64,000 nucleotides of DNA from NCBI GenBank assembly GCA_963713975.1, contig OY970218.1, positions 3,104,001 to 3,168,000 on the forward strand. The letters are read 5' to 3'. Position numbers and translations under genes: made by a program. The notes beneath the pieces are model-generated. The model was not told the origin of the DNA and searched no databases. It worked only from the letters and a program-made list of their open reading frames with translations. Each line of letters starts with the position of its first letter. The stretch's first letter is position 1. Shown piece after piece: positions 38,231 through 47,952 of this stretch. The stretch is from an uncultured Chloroflexia bacterium. Lineage in GTDB: Bacteria; Chloroflexota; Limnocylindria; Limnocylindrales; CSP1-4.

Positions 38231-38824
38231 CTACCCGCTCTCGTCCCCGGCGTCGAACCGGAAGGCACGCAGTGCCTCGAGGCGCGGATCGATGGGCTCG
38301 TCGCCATGGCCGTGCCCGGCCTCGAGACCCTCCCCGCACTCCGGACAGAGCCCAGGACAGTCCGGCGCGCACAGCGACGCGATCGGCTCCTGCAGGCTGA
38401 TGGCCTCGATGACCAGCGGCCGCAGCTCGAGCTCGTGATGGTCCGTCAGGCGTGGCGCCTCGGGGTCGCCACCCTCCTCGAGGGCGACCGGCGCACCGCT
38501 GGCCAGGTCGATCGACGGGAGCACCTCCTCGTCGATCCGGAACCGGGATGGGATCACCAGAGGCTGCAGGCACCGGGCGCATTCGCCGGCCAGGGCCGTG
38601 GCCAGCTTCGCGCTCACGACGAGGCCGCGGTTGGTCCGCATGAGGCGGACGTCGCCGGAGACCGGCTGCGCCAGCACCAGGTCGTCGCCGGGATCGACGG
38701 GCACGCCGTCGATCGTGTAGTCGCGAACCGTGCCCGGGACGTCGGCCATCAGGCCCGAGAGGGCGAAGGTGAGCGGGTCCCCGTGGGCGTCCACGGGGTG
38801 CTCATCGTGGCCGGTCACCGTCAC
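38231..38824 (-). CDS. yceD: YceD/DUF177 family protein
   Basis: CARCL, LCAPDCPGLCPECG, IDPRLEAL; upstream of rpmF. Confidence 0.92.
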   Translation of the reverse strand: MTVTGHDEHPVDAHGDPLTFALSGLMADVPGTVRDYTIDGVPVDPGDDLVLAQPVSGDVRLMRTNRGLVVSAKLATALAGECARCLQPLVIPSRFRIDEEVLPSIDLASGAPVALEEGGDPEAPRLTDHHELELRPLVIEAISLQEPIASLCAPDCPGLCPECGEGLEAGHGHGDEPIDPRLEALRAFRFDAGDESG

Positions 38825-39381
38825 CGGCGTCCGGTGGCCGGCGCCCCCACTTCCTCATCCTCCGGGTCATAGCCGGCGTCGGGTGCGTACTCGTCACCAC
38901 CGTCGAGCCGTGGCTCCTCGGGCGGGGCATAGGAGGCGCGCCGCTCGTCGAGCATCGCGATGCCGCGTTCGATGCCCCGGAGTGTCCGGGTGACCTCGGC
39001 CTCGAGGTCGGTCAGCACGCCGGCGGCGTACTCGTCGGCACCCTGGCGGACGAGGCCGGCCTCCTCGTCGGCTTGGGCGATGATGCGGCGGCTCTCGTCA
39101 TCGGCGGCCTCGGTCAGGCCACGCTCGTCGATGAGATAGGCAGCCTGCTCCTGTGCGCGCGCGACGATGCGCTCGGCCTCCTCCTGGGCCTTCTCGATGA
39201 TCCGCTCGCCTTCCTGGTTGATGCGCTTGGCCGCACGCACCTCCTCGGGCACGGCGACCCGGAGCTCGTCGATCAGGTTGAGGGCAGCGTCACGCTCGAT
39301 GATCGCCTTGTTGGTCATCGGCAGCGGCTTGCCGTTCGCGATCAGTGACTCGAGGCGTTCGACGAGGAAGATGATGTCCAG
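38821..39381 (-). CDS. Conserved coiled-coil protein of the coaD-yceD interval (DivIVA/ATPase-b-like); CTG start
   Basis: From CTG 39381 it reads MDIIFLVERLESLIANGKPLPMTNKAII...AVPEEV...GADEYA; GGGGAGG SD 8 nt upstream. Confidence 0.82.
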   Translation of the reverse strand: MDIIFLVERLESLIANGKPLPMTNKAIIERDAALNLIDELRVAVPEEVRAAKRINQEGERIIEKAQEEAERIVARAQEQAAYLIDERGLTEAADDESRRIIAQADEEAGLVRQGADEYAAGVLTDLEAEVTRTLRGIERGIAMLDERRASYAPPEEPRLDGGDEYAPDAGYDPEDEEVGAPATGRR

Positions 39382-39428
39382 CGGACCGGCCTCCCCTGGG
39401 CTTGACGCCCCGGCGGGGCGTTCCGACG

Positions 39429-39437
39429 ATTATGGCA
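39429..39437 (-). promoter_or_regulatory. Extended -10 (TGcCATAAT) for the coiled-coil gene-yceD-rpmF unit
   Basis: Motif in the spacer downstream of coaD. Confidence 0.5.
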
Positions 39438-39453
39438 CGGGAACGCGTGTTTC

Positions 39454-39966
39454 CTAGGCCCGCTGCGGCCCATCCTCCGCGGCAAGCTTGCCGGCCAGGA
39501 GCTCTGCGGCCGCACGGGGCAGCATCGATGCCACGTCGCCCCCGAACAGGGCAATCTCCTTCACCAGGCTGGAGGAGATATAGGAATGCTCCAGCGAGGT
39601 CATGAAGAACACGGTGTCGACGTCCGGCGCCAGCTGGTGGTTGTTGTGGGCCAGCTGGAGCTCCGCCTCGAAGTCCGCGATCGCCCGCAGCCCGCGGACG
39701 AGGAACGAGGCTCCGACCTGGTGGCAGAAGTCGACGGTCAGGCCGTCGAAGGTGGTGACCTCGACCAGCTCCGCGAGCGTGGCGTCGGCCTCGACGGCGG
39801 CGCGGATCACCGCGACCCGATCGGCTGTTGGCAGCAGCGGCGTCTTGCGGGGATTCCCGAGCACGGCCACGACAACGCGGTCGAAGACGTGCGTCGCGCG
39901 GCGGATCACGTCCAGGTGTCCGTTCGTGATCGGGTCGAAGGACCCGGGATAGACCGCGACCTTCAC
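39454..39966 (-). CDS. coaD: Phosphopantetheine adenylyltransferase
   Basis: YPGSFDPITNGH, VRGLR, ISSSLVKE. Confidence 0.97.
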   Translation of the reverse strand: MKVAVYPGSFDPITNGHLDVIRRATHVFDRVVVAVLGNPRKTPLLPTADRVAVIRAAVEADATLAELVEVTTFDGLTVDFCHQVGASFLVRGLRAIADFEAELQLAHNNHQLAPDVDTVFFMTSLEHSYISSSLVKEIALFGGDVASMLPRAAAELLAGKLAAEDGPQRA

Positions 39967-40565
39967 GCTTCGCCCGCCTCCTCTGGTCCCGCTTCGCGCC
40001 GGTAGAACGTCAGGGCGGTCTCGCCGAACCGCCGCTCGCGGATCGATGCTAGCAGCCCGATGCGGCCCGGCGGAGCATCGCGCCAGAAGTGCTTGGCCAC
40101 GACGATGGCGCCATCACGCACCGGCGCCGATGGCTCGCCGAGCATTCCCAGCACCTGCACCAGGGTCGTCGCGGCCTCGTAGGGCGGATCCAGCAGCACG
40201 AGATCGAACCGTTGGATGGAGCCCCCGCGGTCCAGCCCGGCGAGGTACGTCTCAACGCCGCCCCGGACCACCCTCGCGGCCGGCGGCCCGAAGCGTGCCC
40301 GGCGCAGGTTCTCCTCGATGGCCAGGGCCGCCCTGCGGTCCTTCTCCACGAACACCGCCGATGCCGCTCCGCGGGAGAGGGCCTCGATCCCGCCGGCTCC
40401 ACTGCCGGCGAACAGGTCGAGGACCGCCGCATCGGCGAGCTCCGGCTCGAGGATCCCGAACAGCGTCTGCTTCACCCGGTCGGTCAGGGGCCGCGTGCCA
40501 GGCCCGGGGGCGGCCAACCGGACGCCGTGCGCGGTGCCCGCGATCACGCGGCCTGCGTCGGCCAT
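39963..40565 (-). CDS. rsmD: 16S rRNA m2G966 methyltransferase
   Basis: RVIAG, TRPLTDRVK, LDLFAGSG, EALSRGA, LDPPY. Confidence 0.95.
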   Translation of the reverse strand: MADAGRVIAGTAHGVRLAAPGPGTRPLTDRVKQTLFGILEPELADAAVLDLFAGSGAGGIEALSRGAASAVFVEKDRRAALAIEENLRRARFGPPAARVVRGGVETYLAGLDRGGSIQRFDLVLLDPPYEAATTLVQVLGMLGEPSAPVRDGAIVVAKHFWRDAPPGRIGLLASIRERRFGETALTFYRREAGPEEAGEA

Positions 40566-40566
40566 G

Positions 40567-42858
40567 TCAGGCGGCGCTCGCCGGGTCACCGGCGTAGACC
40601 CGGCGCAACCAGCCGGTATCGAGCTCGGTCCGCAACGCCGGCGGCTCGGCGGGCGGTTCCCCCTCCTCGCCAACCAGGGCCTCCGCATAGGCACGGGCAC
40701 GGGTGGCCAGGTCCCGGTGGGCAGGATCCGACAGCGTCGCCACCCGCAGGCGCGGCAGGCCGCTCTGGGCGAGCCCCAGCACGTCGCCCTCCCTACGGAG
40801 CTCGAAGTCGCGCTCGGCGAGCGCGAAGCCGTCCGTCGTGGACGCCACGGCCTCCAGCCGCGCGTGCTCCGTCGTCTCTGCTGCAGCCTCGCTGACGAGC
40901 ACGCAGTAGGACGCCGCGGTCCCCCGCCCCACCCTGCCGCGCAGCTGGTGGAGCTGGGCCAGGCCGAAGCGCTCCGCTCCCTCGATGACCATCAGCGTCG
41001 CCTCCGCGACATCGACGCCCACCTCGACCACGGTGGTCCCGACCAGGACGTCGAGCTCGCCGTCACGGAAGCGGGCCATCTCACGGTCGCGATCACCGGG
41101 CTTGAGGCGCCCGTGGACCAGGCCAACCCGGAGCGGTGCGAGCAGGCCGGTCAGACGCTCGAACTCGGCCTCGGCCGCCGCGGCCCACGCGGTCTCGACA
41201 TCCTCGTCCGGCAGGTCGTCGTCGCCAGCGAAGCCGGTCTCCTCGGCCGCGTCGGCCGCGTCCATCCCGGGCCTGGTGGCGGGGCCGATCCTCGGCACCA
41301 CGACGAACGTGCGCCGGCCCTCCGCCGCCTCGGAGCGCACCAGGCTCCAAGTCCGGTCGAGGTTGTCCGGGCGGCGGATGCCGGTCAGCACGGCGATGCG
41401 CCCCTCGGGCGCGCTGTGCAGCGTGGACACGTCGAGGTCCGCATACAGGACCTGGCCCAGCGTCCGCGGGATCGGCGTGGCGGTCATCAGCAGCACGTGT
41501 GGCACGCCCCTCCGGGCCTTCTCCTCGAGGGCGCCGCGCTGCTCGACTCCGAAGCGATGCTGCTCGTCCACGACGGCCAGCGCGAGATCGGAGAAGGCGA
41601 CTGCCTCCTGGAGCAGCGCATGCGTGCCCACGACGACCTGGGCCTGGCCGGTGGCGATCGCCTCGTTCGCCTTGCGCTTGGCGTCGGCCGACAGCGAGCC
41701 GGTGAGGAGGATGACGCTGATGCCCAGGTCGTCGAGCAGCGACGCGATCGTCTCGAGGTGCTGGCGGGCGAGCAGGTCGGTGGGCGCGAGGAGCGCTCCC
41801 TGCCGGCCGGCGAGCGCCGCCGCGGCCAGGGCCCATGCCGCAACCGCCGTCTTGCCCGATCCCACGTCGCCCTGGACCAGCCGGAGCATGGGCACGTCCC
41901 GGGTGAGGTCGTCACGGATCTCGTCGAGCGCCGTGGCCTGGTCGCGGGTGAGCTGCGCGGCATGACCCAGCTTGCGCGAGATGGAACCTTCCAGCGAGAC
42001 GCGAACCCGGGCGTCGTCGGCGGGTCCGACGGTGATCGGCATCGTGTGCGCCCGGCCCCGCGCCCGGCGCCGCCCCACCATGCCCAGCTGGAGGGCGAGC
42101 AGCTCATCGAAGGCGAGCCGGCGCAGCGCCAGGTCGCGCGCCTCGAAGGTCGTCGGATAGTGCGCCGCCTCGAGAGCCTCCGCGATGCCCGGGAGCTCCT
42201 CGTCCGCGCGGATCCCGTCCGGCAGGTACTCCGGATACATCAGTCCAACCCGGTCGAGCGCCTGCCGCATCGCGGCCCTCAGGCGGTTTGCGGTCACGCC
42301 GGTCGTCAGCCGGTAGACCGGGACGATGCGCCCGACATGGAGCAGGTTCGATGCATCCGCGGGCTGGAAGTCGGGACCCTCAAACACGATCTCGCCCTGG
42401 CGGTGCTTGATCCGGCCCGAGACGAGCAGCTCGTCCCCGGGTCCCACTCGCTTCTCGATGTAGCGGCGGCCGAACCACGTGGCGACCGCCGTCCCGGAGT
42501 CGTCCGCGAGGTGCGCCGTCGTGAGCTGGACCCGACGCCGCCACGTCTGCTGGACCGAGATGTCCAGGACCCTCACCCGCGCCGAGACGACCGCGCCGTC
42601 GTCCAGGTCGCGCAGCTCCGCGAGCCGCCGGAGATCCCGCAGGTCGTCGTACCGGCGCGGCAGGTGGAACAGGAGGTCGCGTACCGTCTCCACGTCCATC
42701 CGCCGGGCGACGCGCCGCAGCGAGGAGACCCCGGGAATGCCGGACAGCCCGACCGGGGACCGGAGGATGTCCGCCGGCGTCACGGGCGGTGGGGCGGTGA
42801 CCTGCGGCCGGAGGGCCCGGCTCCCGCGCGGCGCGGTGGTCCGCCGTCGGTCGCTCAC
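40567..42858 (-). CDS. recG: ATP-dependent DNA helicase RecG
   Basis: QGDVGSGKT, VDEQHRFGVEQR, MTATPIPRT, QLHQLRGRVGRG. Confidence 0.97.
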   Translation of the reverse strand: MSDRRRTTAPRGSRALRPQVTAPPPVTPADILRSPVGLSGIPGVSSLRRVARRMDVETVRDLLFHLPRRYDDLRDLRRLAELRDLDDGAVVSARVRVLDISVQQTWRRRVQLTTAHLADDSGTAVATWFGRRYIEKRVGPGDELLVSGRIKHRQGEIVFEGPDFQPADASNLLHVGRIVPVYRLTTGVTANRLRAAMRQALDRVGLMYPEYLPDGIRADEELPGIAEALEAAHYPTTFEARDLALRRLAFDELLALQLGMVGRRRARGRAHTMPITVGPADDARVRVSLEGSISRKLGHAAQLTRDQATALDEIRDDLTRDVPMLRLVQGDVGSGKTAVAAWALAAAALAGRQGALLAPTDLLARQHLETIASLLDDLGISVILLTGSLSADAKRKANEAIATGQAQVVVGTHALLQEAVAFSDLALAVVDEQHRFGVEQRGALEEKARRGVPHVLLMTATPIPRTLGQVLYADLDVSTLHSAPEGRIAVLTGIRRPDNLDRTWSLVRSEAAEGRRTFVVVPRIGPATRPGMDAADAAEETGFAGDDDLPDEDVETAWAAAAEAEFERLTGLLAPLRVGLVHGRLKPGDRDREMARFRDGELDVLVGTTVVEVGVDVAEATLMVIEGAERFGLAQLHQLRGRVGRGTAASYCVLVSEAAAETTEHARLEAVASTTDGFALAERDFELRREGDVLGLAQSGLPRLRVATLSDPAHRDLATRARAYAEALVGEEGEPPAEPPALRTELDTGWLRRVYAGDPASAA

Positions 42859-44624
42859 TCGGCGGAGATCAGGTACCGGTAGTGGGGCTGCCCGCCATGC
42901 GCGAGGTCCACGCCCTCGAGGCCCGGGGCTGCCGCCTGGATCCGCCGGGCGAGCGCCTCGGCTGCCGCCAGCGTCGCATCGTGCCCGTAGTAGATCGTCA
43001 CGACCGCGAATCCCTGCTCCAGCCGTCCGAATGCGGCCAGGACCGCGCGCTCCGTGTCGTTGTCGACGGAAAGCAGGCCGTCATCCGGGTCGAGCACGAT
43101 GGTCTGGCCCCGCTTGACCTTGTGCCCGGACACGGTCGCATCGCGAACCGCCTCCGTCACCTGCATCGTCTGCAGGCCACGGCCCGCATCCGTCATGGCC
43201 GCCGCGTTTTGGGCGGCCGACTGCGACGGATCCAGCTCGAACAGGGCGGCGATGCCTTCGGCGCAGTTGCGCGTCGGCACGACGTGCACGGGCCGGTCCG
43301 TCATGGACGCGACCTGCCTCGCGGCGAGCACGACGTTCGGGTTGTTGGGCAGGATCAGGAGCTCGTCGGCCTGGGTTGCCTGGACGGCCTCCAGCAGCTC
43401 GCCCGTCGATGGGTTTGCGGCCTGACCGCCGCGCACGATGCGGAACGCCCCGTACTCGCGGAACGGCGCCGCCTGGTCCGCCAGCAGCGCCGCAAGCCCG
43501 TCCGACGGCGCGACGGCGACGACCCCCAGGGGGAGCCGGGTGGCCGGATCCGTGTCGGCGCCGTCCGCGTCAGCACCGGACGCGGACGCTGTGCCCAAGG
43601 CGACCGACGTCGCCGCGGGGGCCGTGCCTGTCCAGCCGGCCCCATCCTCGCCCAGAAAGGCGGCGACCCGCGCCTCGCGCACGTCGTGGGCCTGACCGTC
43701 GAGGTTCTCGATGGTGATGCGGGACAGCGTTCCGAGCCCGAGACCGTAGGCGATGACGGCATCGGGCCGGTCGTTGTGAACGTGAACCTTGGCCAGGACC
43801 GCGTCGCCGGCCACCAGCACCGAGTCCCCGATGCCTTCGAGGTGGTCCTGGATGGCCGGAAGGTCGAGCGGCCGCCCGGGCAGGGCCCGGATCAGGTACA
43901 CGGTCTCGTACCCGAACGCCGTCTCGTCCACCACGCGGGCGACGGCCTCCCGGCCCGGAGCGGCGTCCACGGCAGGATCCGGGGCGCCAACCAGCTCGTA
44001 GGGCCGGCCACGCGAGGCGTCGAGCGCACCCTGGAACAGGCGGAGCAGCCCCTGGCCGCCCGAGTCCACCACGTGCGCCTCGCGCAGGATCGGGAGCAGC
44101 GACGGCGTCTTGGCCACCGCCCGCTCCGCGGCCTGTGCCGTGGCCAGCAGGACGTTCTCGACGTTGTTGTCCTGCTCGGCCGCGGTGACGGCGGCCGCCG
44201 ACGCCTCACGGATCACGGTCAAGATGGTCCCCTCGACCGGCTTGGCCACCGCCCTGTAGGCCTTCTTCGTCCCGGCCTCGAGGGCATAGGCCAGGTCGAG
44301 CCCGTTGAAGCGTCGCTTGCCGGCAAGGCCCTCGGCGATGCCGGCGAGGATCTGGCTCGCGATCACCCCTGAGTTGCCACGCGCGCCCATCAGCGCGCCG
44401 AAGCTCACCGCGTGGGCAATGGCCGCGGCATCTGCTCTCGGTCCGGCCTTGTCGGCCTCCTCGAGCGCCGCCCGGACGGTTGCCACCATGTTCGTGCCGG
44501 TGTCGCCGTCCGGGACCGGGAACACGTTGAGCGCGTTGATCTCGTCGACGTTCGCCTCGAGGCGCGCGACGGCGCTCCGGAATGCGAGGAGGAAGCCCGC
44601 TCCGTCACACGATCGGCGGGGCAT
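42855..44624 (-). CDS. fakA: DAK2-domain fatty acid kinase subunit A (YloV/FakA)
   Basis: INALNVFPVPDGDTGTNM, GARGNSG, VDSGG, KVHVH, LPNN, GGQPHY. Confidence 0.9.
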   Translation of the reverse strand: MPRRSCDGAGFLLAFRSAVARLEANVDEINALNVFPVPDGDTGTNMVATVRAALEEADKAGPRADAAAIAHAVSFGALMGARGNSGVIASQILAGIAEGLAGKRRFNGLDLAYALEAGTKKAYRAVAKPVEGTILTVIREASAAAVTAAEQDNNVENVLLATAQAAERAVAKTPSLLPILREAHVVDSGGQGLLRLFQGALDASRGRPYELVGAPDPAVDAAPGREAVARVVDETAFGYETVYLIRALPGRPLDLPAIQDHLEGIGDSVLVAGDAVLAKVHVHNDRPDAVIAYGLGLGTLSRITIENLDGQAHDVREARVAAFLGEDGAGWTGTAPAATSVALGTASASGADADGADTDPATRLPLGVVAVAPSDGLAALLADQAAPFREYGAFRIVRGGQAANPSTGELLEAVQATQADELLILPNNPNVVLAARQVASMTDRPVHVVPTRNCAEGIAALFELDPSQSAAQNAAAMTDAGRGLQTMQVTEAVRDATVSGHKVKRGQTIVLDPDDGLLSVDNDTERAVLAAFGRLEQGFAVVTIYYGHDATLAAAEALARRIQAAAPGLEGVDLAHGGQPHYRYLISAE

Positions 44625-45046
44625 CAGGCGACGTCCGTCCCGCTCGCGGCAAGGTCCGACTGGGTGGGCGAGGCGGGATCGGGAGCCTCGGCAGTGGGCG
44701 GGATCCCATGCTCGTGGACCAGCCGCCCGATCCGGATCGAGATCCGGTCCGGCTCAAGTTCCACCGCGTTGCGCAAGGCGTACCGTACGGACGACTCGAC
44801 CTGGCGGGCGACCTCCGCGATGGGCAGGCCGTAGGCCACGGTGAGCCGCAGGTCCACCGCAAGCTCGTCGCCCAGCTCGATGTGCAGTCCGGGGTGCGCG
44901 AGGCCGAGACGCCCCAGCACCCGGCCGACGGGGCCGCCGCTGGCGAAGCCGGAGACGCCGTAAACGGACAGCACGGCACCTCGGACCAGGTCACGGATTG
45001 CGCGTTTCGTGACGAGCGAGCGATCGCCCTCGGGGTCGGCGGTCAC
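44624..45046 (-). CDS. Asp23/Gls24 family protein (YloU-like)
   Basis: SVYGVSG, VAYGLPIAEVARQVESSVRYAL; lies between rpmB and the DAK2 gene. Confidence 0.85.
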   Translation of the reverse strand: MTADPEGDRSLVTKRAIRDLVRGAVLSVYGVSGFASGGPVGRVLGRLGLAHPGLHIELGDELAVDLRLTVAYGLPIAEVARQVESSVRYALRNAVELEPDRISIRIGRLVHEHGIPPTAEAPDPASPTQSDLAASGTDVA

Positions 45047-45127
45047 GCGGGCAACGTCCTCCTGGCGAGCGGGTCCACGCGCTCGGCGGGGGCCACGACG
45101 GGGCCATCCGGGGGCGACCGGAGCCTG

Positions 45128-45136
45128 TGCTACGAT
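45128..45136 (+). promoter_or_regulatory. Extended -10 (TGcTACGAT) for rpmB
   Basis: Motif 70 nt upstream of the rpmB ATG. Confidence 0.55.
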
Positions 45137-45205
45137 ACCACCCGCTCGCGCCGGTCAGCCGGCGCGCGCTCGTGTCCGGCCCCCCCCAAAGGAAACGACC
45201 AGACC

Positions 45206-45406
45206 ATGGCTCGTGCTTGCGTCATCTGTGGCAAGGCGTCGATGGGCGGCTTCAACCCCCAGTCGTCGGGAATGAACCGCGTCCGCGCCCACCGCCGCTA
45301 CCAGCCGAACCTCCAGGTCACGACGCTGCCCGCGAAGAACGGCGGCACCGAGAAGGTGCTCGCCTGCACACGCTGCCGTCGCACCCTGACCAAGAGCGCC
45401 CGCTAG
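45206..45406 (+). CDS. rpmB: 50S ribosomal protein L28
   Basis: MARACVICGK...RRYQPNLQ...ACTRCRRT; AAAGGA SD. Confidence 0.94.
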   Translation: MARACVICGKASMGGFNPQSSGMNRVRAHRRYQPNLQVTTLPAKNGGTEKVLACTRCRRTLTKSAR

Positions 45407-45427
45407 CCCTGACCGGGGCCTGACGGG

Positions 45428-45456
45428 GAGCCGGTCGCGATCGCCGCGGCCGGCTT
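45428..45456. terminator. 12-bp hairpin between convergent rpmB and dtd
   Basis: gagccggtcgcg-N5-cgcggccggctt (two G-U pairs). Confidence 0.5.
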
Positions 45457-45492
45457 CGTTGCGTCCGGGACGTGCCGACTCGCCGAGTGCTC

Positions 45493-45948
45493 TCAGCCTC
45501 CCGACCGATCCGCCGTGTCCAGCCAGATCGTGAACGGTCCGTCGTTCACGAGCTCCACGTCCATCTCCGCGCCAAACTCCCCGAGCTCCGTGCGGACGCC
45601 CTGGACCTCGATGCTGGAGGCGACCCGCAGCCAGAGCACTCTCGCGAGGCCCGGTGAGGCGGCCGCGGTGAACCCCGGACGCCGGCCCCGGCGCGTGTCC
45701 GCGTAGAGCGTGAACTGGCTCACCACCAGGGCCTCCCCGTCCACGTCCAGCAGCGAGCGGTTCGTCCTGCCCTCGTCGTCCTCGAACACCCGAAGCTCGC
45801 AGATCCGGCGCGCCAGCGCATCGGCCGTTCCCTCGTCGTCCCCGTGCCCCACACCCAGCAGGACGAGCAGCCCGGGCCCGATCCTGCCGACCACGCGCTC
45901 TGCCACGCGGACCTCCGCACGGCTGACCCGCTGCAGGAGCGCGCGCAC
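45493..45948 (-). CDS. dtd: D-aminoacyl-tRNA deacylase
   Basis: MRALLQRV, VSQFTL, NDGPFT. Confidence 0.96.
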   Translation of the reverse strand: MRALLQRVSRAEVRVAERVVGRIGPGLLVLLGVGHGDDEGTADALARRICELRVFEDDEGRTNRSLLDVDGEALVVSQFTLYADTRRGRRPGFTAAASPGLARVLWLRVASSIEVQGVRTELGEFGAEMDVELVNDGPFTIWLDTADRSGG

Positions 45949-45960
45949 CGCGTGGTCCGC

Positions 45961-46671
45961 CTAGCGGCCGAGCGTCGCCGCGCGGGCGGTACCGGCGATC
46001 GAGCGGATGCGTGCCACCGCCGCGGCCATATCCGGGGCGCGGTAGAGCGCCGAGCCGGCGACGATCACGTCGGTTCCGCCACGCCCGATGATCTCCGCGG
46101 TCTCCGCCCGCCCGCCACCGTCCACCTGGACCTCGCAGGCACCCGAGGGATCCAGCCATGCGCGGGCGGCGCCGAGCTTCGTATCCGCCACCCCATCCAT
46201 GAACGCCTGCCCGCCGAACCCCGGCTCCACCGTCATGACGAGGATGATGTCCAGCAGGTCGCGGTAGGCATCGAGCGCGACCAGCGGCGTCGCCGGCTTG
46301 ACGGACAGTCCCGCAGACCGGCCCGCCTCCCGGATGCGCTCGAGCGCGGGCACGACCTGGGTCGCGGCGACCTCCACGTGGAACGTGATCGAGTCGCAGC
46401 CGGCGTCCAGGAACTGCTCCGTCCAGCGACCGGGTTCCGAGATCATGAGGTGGGCGTCGAACGGCATGTCGGTGACCCGCCGCACGGCCTCGATCGTCTT
46501 CCAGCCGAAGGTGATGTTGGGGACGAAGTGCCCATCCATGACGTCGAGATGGATGCGATCCGCACCGGCGTCCTCGGCGCGGCGGATCTCGTCACCGAGG
46601 TCGCCGAGATCGCTGTCCAGGATGCTGGCCGCGATCAGGACGCCGGCGGGCCGGCGGCTGCCCATTGTCAT
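45961..46671 (-). CDS. rpe: Ribulose-phosphate 3-epimerase
   Basis: HLDVMDGHFVPN, DAHLM, MTVEPGFGGQ, VDGG, VAGS. Confidence 0.96.
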   Translation of the reverse strand: MTMGSRRPAGVLIAASILDSDLGDLGDEIRRAEDAGADRIHLDVMDGHFVPNITFGWKTIEAVRRVTDMPFDAHLMISEPGRWTEQFLDAGCDSITFHVEVAATQVVPALERIREAGRSAGLSVKPATPLVALDAYRDLLDIILVMTVEPGFGGQAFMDGVADTKLGAARAWLDPSGACEVQVDGGGRAETAEIIGRGGTDVIVAGSALYRAPDMAAAVARIRSIAGTARAATLGR

Positions 46672-47912
46672 CCCTCCCCCACCCCGTCCGGGACGGGTTC
46701 GGCGCTCCGCTCCCCGCGCAGCGCCGCGGCGCTCTGGGCGACCAGCTTCTCCCGCCGGCGCTGGACCACCATGGGGGTCGGCTGGCCGGCGTGCTCGGCG
46801 GCGAGTTGGCCACAGGCCGCGCCGATCTCCGTGCCGCGGTTGAACCGGATGGTCGTGGCGATCCCCGCGGCGCGGAGACGCTCGGCAAAACGCTCGAGCA
46901 CGGGGATCGGCGTCCCGATCCACGGGGTGTGGGCGACCGCGTTCATCGGGATCAGGTTCACGTGCGCGAGGTCACCACGCAGGAGCTCCGCCAGCGCATC
47001 GGCATCGACATCCGTGTCGTTGATCCCGTCGATCATCGTCAGCTCGTAGGTGATCCGGCGGCCGGTGGCCCCGGCGTGCTCGCGCGCGGCGGCGACGACC
47101 TCCTCCACGGGCCAGCGGCGGTTGAGCGGCACCAGCACGTCGCGGAGCGCGTTGCGCGCGGCGTGCAGGCTGATCGCCAGGGTGAACTGGGGACCGAGCG
47201 CGGTCAGGCGGCGGATCCCGGGCACCACGCCCGAAGTGCTCACCGTGATGTGCCTGGCGCCGAGCCCGAAGCGCTTGGGGTCGTTGAGGGCGGCGATGGA
47301 CTCGAGCACGCGGTCCAGGTTGAGCAACGGCTCGCCCATACCCATGTAGACGACGTTGGTGAGGCGCTGACCGGCGGCGGCGAGGCGGCGGGATGCGCTC
47401 CGCACCTGGTCGACGATCTCCGCGGTCTCGAGATCCCGCTCCATGCCCAGCTCACCGGTGGCACAGAAGGGACAGCCCACGGCGCAGCCGGCCTGGGACG
47501 AGATGCACAGCGTGTGCCGCTCGCGGGACTCCGCGCGGGCCGGATAGTGCATCAGGACCGACTCGACGAGGAGCCCGTCGGACAGGCGGTGGACGGCCTT
47601 CTCGGTCAGGACCCCGTCGGTGAGACGAACCTCGCTGTCCTCGACGGTGTCGAAACGAAACGCGGCCTCCAGACCTGAGCGGAGCGATGCCGGAAGGGTC
47701 AGGATCCCGTCGAAACTGGTCTGCTGTCCGCGCCACGCGGCATCCAGCACCTGGCGCGCCCGATACGAGGGCTCGCCGTGGTCCGTGAACCAGGTGCTCA
47801 GCTCGGCGGGCGCGAGCCCGCCCACACCGGGACGCTCGTCACGGCGCCGGCTGGCGGATGGGGCTGGTCGCAGCCCGAATAGCGGGATCACGACGGGCTT
47901 CTCGACGGTCAT
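46668..47912 (-). CDS. rlmN: Radical SAM RNA methyltransferase RlmN
   Basis: CISSQAGCAVGCPFCATG, MGMGEP, TVSTSG, SLHA, AACGQL. Confidence 0.95.
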   Translation of the reverse strand: MTVEKPVVIPLFGLRPAPSASRRRDERPGVGGLAPAELSTWFTDHGEPSYRARQVLDAAWRGQQTSFDGILTLPASLRSGLEAAFRFDTVEDSEVRLTDGVLTEKAVHRLSDGLLVESVLMHYPARAESRERHTLCISSQAGCAVGCPFCATGELGMERDLETAEIVDQVRSASRRLAAAGQRLTNVVYMGMGEPLLNLDRVLESIAALNDPKRFGLGARHITVSTSGVVPGIRRLTALGPQFTLAISLHAARNALRDVLVPLNRRWPVEEVVAAAREHAGATGRRITYELTMIDGINDTDVDADALAELLRGDLAHVNLIPMNAVAHTPWIGTPIPVLERFAERLRAAGIATTIRFNRGTEIGAACGQLAAEHAGQPTPMVVQRRREKLVAQSAAALRGERSAEPVPDGVGEG

Positions 47913-47952
47913 CTCCCCGATGATGACACGCGCACGCCCCGGCGGCGACGTG

